This document shows, in pieces, positions 49,287 through 57,747 of a DNA stretch of 64,000 nt. Under the pieces are notes generated by a model that saw only the letters and a list, made by a program, of their open reading frames with translations, was not told the DNA's origin and did not search any database. The position numbers and the translations under genes are program-made. The stretch's first letter is position 1, and the number at the start of each line of letters is the position of its first letter. The stretch lies in assembly GCA_016839555.1 (NCBI GenBank), contig JAEOUA010000011.1, positions 128,001 through 192,000 of the forward strand, in the 5' to 3' direction. This stretch comes from Promethearchaeota archaeon (GTDB taxonomy: Archaea; Asgardarchaeota; Lokiarchaeia; Sigyniarchaeales; SOKP01).

Positions 49287-49442
49287 TTTTGATCGGTCAA
49301 ATTTTACTATTTATTAAAAACCCAGTATAAAAAAGCTTCGTATTTTATTTCAGAATTATTAAATTAATAATTAATTAATTTTGATAGTTAACATAAATAA
49401 AGAGTTTAGAAAAAAGAGATATACTTAATAATTGAAAAAAAT

Positions 49443-49748
49443 TTACATTAGTTCGATTTCGACTAATACTGATTCGGGTATGGAAATCTTCATGATCAAA
49501 TGCATGGATCGTTCATTCGCGATTATCTCAAACAAACGCTTATGGATTCGCATCTCAAATTTCGCCCATGTAGCAGTTCCCTGGCCCGATGGCGCTTTAA
49601 GGATTGGTACTAATAATTTTTTAGTGGGTAATGGGATTGGTCCATGCTTTTTAATCCCTTGAGTTTTACATACGCTCTCTATTTGGTTGCATACGGTCTT
49701 TAAATCTTCTAATTCTGTTGATGATAATCTGATACGGGCCTTTTGCAC
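49443..49748 (-). CDS. rps10: 30S ribosomal protein S10 (uS10)
   Basis: KARIRL, GPIPLPT and GTATW-x2-FEMRIHKRL; GTG start. Confidence 0.95.
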   Translation of the reverse strand: MQKARIRLSSTELEDLKTVCNQIESVCKTQGIKKHGPIPLPTKKLLVPILKAPSGQGTATWAKFEMRIHKRLFEIIANERSMHLIMKISIPESVLVEIELM

Positions 49749-50104
49749 GTTAATTTAGCACCAAGAGTTTTTTAAAATAGTTCGGACAATATTATTTTAT
49801 TTATTGTTCCATTCGGAAACTTATAAATAGTAGTTTGGATAATTAATATTCTTAAAAAAACTTTTTTATAATTCTTCGAATATAGGATTCTACTCCTCAT
49901 AAATTCTATAGTATTATTTAAAAAGGAACGTGTAAAAATCATTTTAAAAACCCTAAGGCGGTGCTTACAAATATTTTTTTTTTAATATAGTATAACAAGG
50001 CAAATTTTATTCAAATCCAATAAATTTTTGAGATTAAAGCTGTAAATTAATTTTTTCTTATAAAAAATTCTTGAAATATATAGAGAATAGAAAAGAATGC
50101 TTTA

Positions 50105-51247
50105 TCATTCGAGTTCTTTATCTCTATGAGTTTTTATCATGTCTTCTTCCGTTATATCATTCCTTTCAGCAATATTAGCTAAAAATGCATCAAGAGTAAG
50201 GTATGTATTTAATTCAAACTGAGGGAAAAACAGAGAGGTGATGTGATAAAGAGATCTGTTAAAATAAGAAATTTTTTCAGGTCTTCCATCGATAAGTAGA
50301 GTACCTACATGATTTTTATACCATTTAGTAGTTCTTGCTAACGTAGAATCTTCAAAACAAGTAATAATAAACAACTGCATGCCAAAATCACCAGCTTGTC
50401 GTGCATATTTAATCATCTGTTCCGTTTCTCCACTACCACTCAATAATATGGCAAGATCATTAGTGCGCCGGCTTCTCCAGTGACTTTCATACACTACTTT
50501 TAGATCTCTGAGATTCTCCTTGTGTAAGTGACCATAACGGATAGCTATAACCCTTGATATAATGTCGTTTATACCTGATCCCTTAAAGTAAATTACTTTA
50601 TCATTATTGATATCTAAATAATCATCTATCGTTGTTAAAAAAGCGTTTATTGTAGGATCTTGTCGTTGAAGCTTTTCTAAATTGGATTTATATTCTTTAA
50701 TTACGCTTTCACAATAAGAGTTATATTGCTCGTTGGGATTTTTTTTGTCATAGGAACATGCAATACATGATAACAACGTAGCACTTGCTTGCTCAAATTC
50801 CGTCCCAAGCGGAGCATACCTTTTATTGTATCCGTCTTTTTTTAATAAAATTACGATGTCATATTGATCTTCAATATCTTCATTAGTGGTAATAAAAACT
50901 GTACGAAGTCCTTTCTTTTTGGCAACATTTATATTATTGACAACTCGTGAATCTGGTTTTGCTGAATTTGAGTTTGCTACAAAAATATCTCCTTCTCGCA
51001 AAGGACGTAAATTAGCATTTTGTACTTGATTGACACGAATACCATAGGATTTTTCTAGTTGAGTTGTTAATAATAGAGAACTTTGCAGGGAACGTCCCGA
51101 TCCATCAACAGTTACTCTTTTCTCTTGCATTGATTCTCTTAACAAGTCTATAAATTCATATACTTTGTTTCTATCAACATTTTTTAATATTCTTTCAATA
51201 CGCGAGACTAAATATAAATAGGCATCTTCTAAGAATGAATTCATCAT
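50105..51247 (-). CDS. Tandem-SIS-domain protein related to 6-phospho-3-hexuloisomerase
   Basis: Repeat 1 has GSGRS...APLGTEFE. Repeat 2 has GSG...LSGSGET...S-x-LA...FE...LDA and a C-terminal His. Confidence 0.75.
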   Translation of the reverse strand: MMNSFLEDAYLYLVSRIERILKNVDRNKVYEFIDLLRESMQEKRVTVDGSGRSLQSSLLLTTQLEKSYGIRVNQVQNANLRPLREGDIFVANSNSAKPDSRVVNNINVAKKKGLRTVFITTNEDIEDQYDIVILLKKDGYNKRYAPLGTEFEQASATLLSCIACSYDKKNPNEQYNSYCESVIKEYKSNLEKLQRQDPTINAFLTTIDDYLDINNDKVIYFKGSGINDIISRVIAIRYGHLHKENLRDLKVVYESHWRSRRTNDLAILLSGSGETEQMIKYARQAGDFGMQLFIITCFEDSTLARTTKWYKNHVGTLLIDGRPEKISYFNRSLYHITSLFFPQFELNTYLTLDAFLANIAERNDITEEDMIKTHRDKELE

Positions 51248-51377
51248 TTGAAATTAAGAATTTTTTTAATAAAATTTTAATGATAGATTTTTTTCCTTGT
51301 TTTTGAAAAATTTTATCAAAATTCTACAGTCCACAAGAAAAAAAAAGGAATGATCAGAAAATGCTAAAAACCAGAGA

Positions 51378-53786
51378 TCATTCAGTTTCTTTTAAAATTT
51401 TATTAAGGGTTTCTATCGCATTTTCTATTATAGATTTGGAAGTCATTTTTTTAATGGTTTTTGCCATCATTTTATAGGATCCCGTGACTTCAATATCAAT
51501 TTCAGCAAAAACACCAATGCCAGATTCAATATCTTCAAAACTTATGGTATAAAACGTTGTACCTGGAGAAGGAACAACTTCAAATCTCGTAGAACGTTCA
51601 GTTCTTGGCCCAATCTCATTGGTTGAAATTTCTCTTCCCTGAACTACAGTAGTATGTTGTCCAATTGTATCAAAGAACTTGTTTATTATTTTTTGAAAAT
51701 TGGCTGGTTTCTCTTTTAATTCAAATATTAATTCCTTACCTTCAGGTTCTTCCTTTTGCTTTTCTTTACCAGTCACCACGACCCTCACACGACCGATATT
51801 CTGGATTCGTGCATGGCGAGTTTTAGGGTCGCCTTGTCTTTGTGAGGTTACACGAATCGCCGGGAAGTAAGTGGCACTCTCGGAAAAAGTATGAGTGTTT
51901 TTTACCTTTACATGAGTGCTCTTGGTGTCTTTAAGCTGCTCAGTTACTGGATACTCACCAGCACCCTCGAAATCCCATTCCACACCAACTACCGAACCAG
52001 CATCCGGTGGTGTTTCGATAACTGCAGAAAACTTAACTTTTTTCCCGACCTTGACGTCTGCACGCTCACCTCCGTTTACTTTAAGAGTGACCACCGGTTG
52101 AATCCCCTTACGCTCCGCAGCGGTTAGTGGCACTTCCACTTGGCCATCTACCACTTTATATGTAGTACTTGCTGGAGGTGCCACGCCTTTTTCAACCCAT
52201 GCGCTCACATCGCGAAGTGCCTGTTGCAACACACCACCATAATTTATAATCCGAGTGGTTATTATTGGAAGGGTATCAAACTGCGTGACTACAGGTGGAG
52301 TATGCATTGCACGGTCAATGAACCAAAGCCGGTAGTTATCATCAAACTTTTCTTCCAATGCGGCTTTTACCTTCGAACGATACCAATCAGCCTGCCAAGG
52401 AAAGGCAATTTCATCCATTAAGTTTTCAACCACGATCATCTTGCCCTCAAACTTACCAGTTTGAATTGAACCAGCGCCCCCCATGGCGTAGCGCGGTCCT
52501 ACAAACTCGGCTCGCTGCGGATACAGAGGTTTACCATTAGCATCTCGGAAATAATCATAGACATAGTATTCAGGTGGGGGAATCTGATGACGATGATAGG
52601 TTTGAATGGCGAGATAGTTAGAATTATCGATTAGCACTGCGTCTCCTACCTTGATCTTAGCTAAAGCTCGGTAGTAGGCTGCGCCGTAAGCGATCATTAC
52701 CATGTTATCGAATGCTGCAATAGCATAAGCCACGCAACCCTCTGCTTCACCACTTTTAAGAAAAATTGAAGCTCCCTGCAGGTCACCATCAGGCACACTT
52801 TCCAATACTAACCCTGCTGGGACCGTTATGTTACCCATTTGCCCAGCAGATATAGACAATGACCCTCCCATTTTCCTGACGTCATCGGGCATAATAAGTT
52901 TGCTGATAGTTGTTTTATGTTTGATTTTAGCGTCTAAAAGCGACTGGGGCGGGTTTGCACCAAGATAGCCCGATTTATTCCAAAAATCTTCAAAGTATGT
53001 GGGATCCCATTCAATCGTTTGGTCAAGGAGGGTAGTTAAGACTCCCGTATAGCCGAACGCTATCCTCGTGTAATTGAACCAAGCTTTTGGAGGAAATCCC
53101 ATCCTAGTCACTTCGGTGAGTGCCTCTCGTTCTTCTTCATTTAGGTCAGCATACATATCTCCACTACCACCAGGTTCTATCGCATCGACGATGGTTGGTA
53201 TTTTTTCCTTCAATATGCGCATAGCATGAGCTTGTACCGTGAAATTATTTAGCATAGCCATTGGTGTAGCGTGAATAAATGGCACAACACCATCCCAGAC
53301 ACCAACTGTGTTCTCTATACAACTCATGGTCTTATATGCCCCTCCACTACCACCCCAAGCATAACCATAGGGTCGGTGAGGATCATACATCTCCGAGGCT
53401 AAAACACGCGAGTATTTCGCAACAGCCGCACTGGTCCGATACCCAGCGATGGTGGGATCATCACCTGGAAACATGTCCTTTCTCCCCAGATTTGATTCTA
53501 CAAAATAAGCCCCGCTATCGAATACAAAATCTAATGAATAGCTAGGTTCAGGATAATCTGGGTTCTGTGCAAGATTCTCATTTCCAGATATCGGCATAAT
53601 ATACTGGAAGAACCGGCCTTCATATTGTTCTTTCGGCGGGAAATAGAATGAAAATCTGGCATCCGTGCCTTTAAAGCCACCATGAACGTATCGATGGCGA
53701 GCGGGCTCGTCCCGCCACTCATCAATATCTATATATGGCTCGGTAAAAAAAGAATCTCTTGATTCACTAGACTCATTTGCTGTTAT
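51378..53786 (-). CDS. Bacterial-type alpha/beta-hydrolase (tannase-like) with a PKD-like domain and a host-like C-terminal domain; probable ATA/ATT start
   Basis: GGSGG nucleophile elbow and WDFEG PKD motif. The frame stays open upstream of the tracked ATG (EPYIDIDEWRDEPARHRYVHGGF...). An AGGAGA SD lies ahead of ATT/ATA. GC content is elevated. Confidence 0.75.
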   Translation of the reverse strand: MTANESSESRDSFFTEPYIDIDEWRDEPARHRYVHGGFKGTDARFSFYFPPKEQYEGRFFQYIMPISGNENLAQNPDYPEPSYSLDFVFDSGAYFVESNLGRKDMFPGDDPTIAGYRTSAAVAKYSRVLASEMYDPHRPYGYAWGGSGGAYKTMSCIENTVGVWDGVVPFIHATPMAMLNNFTVQAHAMRILKEKIPTIVDAIEPGGSGDMYADLNEEEREALTEVTRMGFPPKAWFNYTRIAFGYTGVLTTLLDQTIEWDPTYFEDFWNKSGYLGANPPQSLLDAKIKHKTTISKLIMPDDVRKMGGSLSISAGQMGNITVPAGLVLESVPDGDLQGASIFLKSGEAEGCVAYAIAAFDNMVMIAYGAAYYRALAKIKVGDAVLIDNSNYLAIQTYHRHQIPPPEYYVYDYFRDANGKPLYPQRAEFVGPRYAMGGAGSIQTGKFEGKMIVVENLMDEIAFPWQADWYRSKVKAALEEKFDDNYRLWFIDRAMHTPPVVTQFDTLPIITTRIINYGGVLQQALRDVSAWVEKGVAPPASTTYKVVDGQVEVPLTAAERKGIQPVVTLKVNGGERADVKVGKKVKFSAVIETPPDAGSVVGVEWDFEGAGEYPVTEQLKDTKSTHVKVKNTHTFSESATYFPAIRVTSQRQGDPKTRHARIQNIGRVRVVVTGKEKQKEEPEGKELIFELKEKPANFQKIINKFFDTIGQHTTVVQGREISTNEIGPRTERSTRFEVVPSPGTTFYTISFEDIESGIGVFAEIDIEVTGSYKMMAKTIKKMTSKSIIENAIETLNKILKETE

Positions 53787-53844
53787 AATAATACATCTCC
53801 TTTTTTTTATTTAGATATAATTTTTAATTCCATTTTAAATGAAC

Positions 53845-53863
53845 TTACGGTAATATACCGTAA
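53845..53863. promoter_or_regulatory. Operator-like inverted repeat TTACGGTA-ATA-TACCGTAA
   Basis: Perfect 8-bp arms in the divergent spacer between the hydrolase and the HTH regulator. Confidence 0.65.
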
Positions 53864-53951
53864 AGCTAATAAAAAAAGAATTTTATTATATATAATAATC
53901 TTAAGCTTGAAATTTCAAGTTATCTGTAACTATTAATAATTATACTAACAA

Positions 53952-54599
53952 ATGAAGAAACTAAAGAAGATTGTTCTGAAAATCCCTTTAGATCTAAAAT
54001 CTAAGGAATTCTTTGGTCTACTAGAAAGATATGAGTTACTCCAAATACACCGTCAAAACGAGGATCAAATCTTTGCAACACAGAAGGTAAAATTCAAGGA
54101 TCCTAAAATGCATCCAAAAATGTTGGAAGGAGAACATTATGGGATGTCATATATAGAAGTTATAAAAGAGGACAAGGAGAATAATGAATTTATTTTCTTT
54201 TCTAAGCATAACTGGGTTAAGCAAACGAAAGAATTCCTCGATAAATTAGATCTAATCATCGATCCCCCTATCATTCTAGATCAAGATCGTCTTTTAGTAA
54301 GTATTATAACAGAAAGTAAAAATGTTGATGAATTTATTAATTCCCTAAATCATTTTTATGATGAAGAATTGCAAATTCTAAGTATATCTCATATACCTCT
54401 TAACTATGAAAATCTTTTCTTAAAATTAACAGACCGTCAGAAAGAAATTGTTTACTATGCTGTTCATAATGGATATTTTGAAATACCTCGCAGAATCAAT
54501 TCAAAAAAAATCGCTAAGCATTTTAAAATTTCTCGGAGTGCATTTTATGACCATTTGCGAAAAATAGAAAAAACAATTTATCACTCAATATTCTATTAA
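53952..54599 (+). CDS. Bat/HTH-10-type archaeal transcriptional regulator
   Basis: C-terminal LTDRQKE...A-x3-GYFEIPR...IAKHFKISRSAFYDHLRKIE. Confidence 0.9.
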   Translation: MKKLKKIVLKIPLDLKSKEFFGLLERYELLQIHRQNEDQIFATQKVKFKDPKMHPKMLEGEHYGMSYIEVIKEDKENNEFIFFSKHNWVKQTKEFLDKLDLIIDPPIILDQDRLLVSIITESKNVDEFINSLNHFYDEELQILSISHIPLNYENLFLKLTDRQKEIVYYAVHNGYFEIPRRINSKKIAKHFKISRSAFYDHLRKIEKTIYHSIFY

Positions 54600-54798
54600 T
54601 GATTATCTTATAATAACAATTAAATGTTCAAAATTAAGGAAAAGAATGTTTAAGAAATCTTCTTTTTGACTCAAATTATGAATCTTTTATAATTTTATGA
54701 ACTTTAATGAATTTTTAAAAAAATTTTAATAGTTAAAAAATGAATATTAAATTATTTAAAATTCAAATGTATAAAATAATCAATTAAGAAAAAAGAAA

Positions 54799-56235
54799 AT
54801 GAATAAAAAAGAAAATATAAATAAAAAGTCAAATTCTATAGGTAAAAAAGCATCATTATACAGTTTTGGCCATGTAGCAGATACAGTATCCTACCAATCT
54901 TTTACATTATTATCATTTGTATTTTATTTTGCTATTGTAAAAGTTCCTACTCTGTATATTACGATTGGATTTTGCATCTGGTCAATATGGAATGCCTTCA
55001 ATGACCCCTTGCTTGGTTATTTCTCTGATCGAACCCATACAAAATGGGGAAGGAGAATTCCTTATATTATTTTTTCTTTTATTCCATTAGCAATCATAAC
55101 AGTTTTAATATATACACCCCCTCTTCCGGGATCAGAAGCGCCTACTGGACAGCTTATTAACTTTATATACTTTCTTATTATTATTATGGTGTTTGAATTG
55201 TTTTATACAATGTTTAGTCTTAATATGGTTGCACTTTTTCCAGAAATTTTCCTTTCAGATGAAGAAAGAAGAATAGGGAATAATATTAGACAATTTTTCT
55301 TAATTATAGGATTATTCATAGGAGTTATTTTACCAGGTATGATTATTGGAGATTTTACTGATGCCTCGAAGCACATCAACTATATAATTGTTGGAATAAT
55401 TATTGCAATCACAATAATACTTGGAGCGCTAATATTTTTAAAATTTGGTCCTAAAGAAAGGGATGCATTCAAAGAGGATTATAAAAAAGCACCAGGTTTT
55501 TTTCAAGCATTAAAATTATGCATAAAAAGTAAAAGCTTTATGTGGTATATCCCAGCGGAAATTGCGAACTGGTATGTATATGGATTATTACTTCCCATTG
55601 TACCACTCTATGGAGAATTTGTATTAGGACTTGAAGAAGGAGCAGTTATGATCTCATTATTTCTTGCTGCGACATTTCTCTCAGCGATCTTATTTATTAC
55701 AGTTTTATGGAAGCCAGCTGTGAGAAAAATCGGAAATAGAAAAGCATGGTTATGCTCTATGACGATTTGGATTGCCACATTTATACCACTATTCTTTCTA
55801 GGACCTAGTATGGAAATAATTGCGCTTATATCTTTCTTTTTTATTGGTCTTGGATTAGCTGGCTCTCTATATATAATAGATCTTATAATTTCAGATATAG
55901 TTGATGAAGACGAGGCTACTTGCGGATATAGAAGAGAAGCAGCTTATTATGGTGTGAATGCCTTGTTTTTGCGATTTAGTACTATTTTTGTTATGATATC
56001 TATAGGTCTTGTATTTACAAGCTCGGGATGGCGAGTTTTTAAACCTGAGAATGTAACTGCCACTACAATATTAGGCCTAAGGTTCTTAATGGTAATTCTC
56101 CCAATAATTGCAATTTTAATCGCTATTATTGTAATATATAAATATCCCTTACATGGAGAGAAATTAAAAAACGTTCAAAAAGAGTTAGATAGAATACACC
56201 AAGAAAAGGAATCTAAAATAAAAGGTTTAACTTAA
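54799..56235 (+). CDS. GPH/MelB-family MFS sugar transporter
   Basis: WNAFNDPLLGYFSDRTHTKWGRRIPY and SDIVDEDE...RREAAYYG. Confidence 0.92.
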   Translation: MNKKENINKKSNSIGKKASLYSFGHVADTVSYQSFTLLSFVFYFAIVKVPTLYITIGFCIWSIWNAFNDPLLGYFSDRTHTKWGRRIPYIIFSFIPLAIITVLIYTPPLPGSEAPTGQLINFIYFLIIIMVFELFYTMFSLNMVALFPEIFLSDEERRIGNNIRQFFLIIGLFIGVILPGMIIGDFTDASKHINYIIVGIIIAITIILGALIFLKFGPKERDAFKEDYKKAPGFFQALKLCIKSKSFMWYIPAEIANWYVYGLLLPIVPLYGEFVLGLEEGAVMISLFLAATFLSAILFITVLWKPAVRKIGNRKAWLCSMTIWIATFIPLFFLGPSMEIIALISFFFIGLGLAGSLYIIDLIISDIVDEDEATCGYRREAAYYGVNALFLRFSTIFVMISIGLVFTSSGWRVFKPENVTATTILGLRFLMVILPIIAILIAIIVIYKYPLHGEKLKNVQKELDRIHQEKESKIKGLT

Positions 56236-56300
56236 AATATATAAAGTTTTAAGGTTTTTTAGTTTCAAACCTCCATTTTTTTATATTATTAAGTTTTTTT

Positions 56301-57548
56301 TTAAAAATATTCATTATTATAATTCTGAATGGCTTCAAACATAGCTAATATGTTTTCAGGTGGGACATCGGGTAAAATATTATGCACCGTGTTCCATATA
56401 TATCCCCCTCCTGGGGCAAATATTTCTAATAATTCAAATACATGTTTCTTTACATTTTTCGGGGATTTCCTATTAATAACATTTCTAGTATCTGCTCCAC
56501 CACCCCAGAAAGTAATTTCATCCCCAAAATTCTCCTTTAAAAACTTTGGTTCCATATCTCTAGCGTTAATTTGAACAGGATTAAGAATATCGATTCCTAT
56601 TTCTATAAAATCTGGGATAATTGGAATAATTGAGCCACAACAATGTAGAAATATCTTCATATCTGAATTTTTTTTTATATATTCACATACCTCTTTCAAT
56701 TTCGGTTTTATTAACTCTCGAAAGAGATCTGGATTCATAAAAAGACCATTATTTTCTCCGTAATCATCTCCAATACAAATTATATCAACTAAATCTCCCA
56801 CGTATTTACAAATCATTGTTAAAGATACTTTTTGAAGTTCTAAAACCAGATTTAAAAAATTTTCAACCTCTGCGGGACGTCTCATTATGTCAATTAAAAA
56901 CTTATCCATTGGTATTAAAGCTGTTCCAAATTGGAAAAAACTAACTCCTGCGCCCAAGCATAGTGCTCTGTCAGTATTTTTTTTAAAATCTATTGTTCTC
57001 CTTCTAAAATCACGCCAAAATCCTTTCTGGTTTAAATGATCCATGGGGGCCGTTATCATTTCAAATCCTGCCATTTTTGGCATAGCTTTTAGAAGATCAT
57101 TCATATTTTTAGGATATTTATCTTTACATGGAAAATATGTTTGGTCTATAACTTTTGCTGCTTCTGACATTCGTGCTAAAACAGTTCCATCAGTATGAAC
57201 GACTTCAATCGAATTATCCTCATTAAATTTAGGTTTAAACCATACTGGAAATTGCGCCTCAATACCATTAACATTTACATAATACCAATCTTCATCCTTT
57301 GTATTGTAAATCCTTCCGACATCAATTGCATCCACTGAAAATCGGTCTAGTATCATATTTTCTGGTTGAGCTAACTGTTGAGCAACATCATAAATTCTTA
57401 CATATCCAGATTTAATTCCAAGATATTTTTTAAGTCGAGAATAGGCTATTGCTGAAATACCAGTTGTATTTGTAGCACCCAAATCTACTGGGATTCGATC
57501 AGGCTCTTCATGATTAATGGCAGCAAAAATTCTTTCTCGAGAATTCAT
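56301..57548 (-). CDS. Uroporphyrinogen decarboxylase / MtaA-CmuA-like family protein
   Basis: MNSRER...EPDRIPVDLG, GDDYG, HCCG, NPVQ, FWGGG and HNILPDVPPEN. Confidence 0.88.
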   Translation of the reverse strand: MNSRERIFAAINHEEPDRIPVDLGATNTTGISAIAYSRLKKYLGIKSGYVRIYDVAQQLAQPENMILDRFSVDAIDVGRIYNTKDEDWYYVNVNGIEAQFPVWFKPKFNEDNSIEVVHTDGTVLARMSEAAKVIDQTYFPCKDKYPKNMNDLLKAMPKMAGFEMITAPMDHLNQKGFWRDFRRRTIDFKKNTDRALCLGAGVSFFQFGTALIPMDKFLIDIMRRPAEVENFLNLVLELQKVSLTMICKYVGDLVDIICIGDDYGENNGLFMNPDLFRELIKPKLKEVCEYIKKNSDMKIFLHCCGSIIPIIPDFIEIGIDILNPVQINARDMEPKFLKENFGDEITFWGGGADTRNVINRKSPKNVKKHVFELLEIFAPGGGYIWNTVHNILPDVPPENILAMFEAIQNYNNEYF

Positions 57549-57747
57549 ATTATAATTTCTTTTTACTTTTTTGTTCTATTTTTTAACATATTATTAAAGA
57601 TTTCTTAATATTAGAAAATAATTTTGAATATTTTAAAACATAGTTGATAATATTTATGTAATATAAATAAAAAATAAGGATAATAATAATTTAAAAATCA
57701 TAGTCTTATGTAAACAAATCCCTTTTTAATATTAAAACTCAAAAGAT

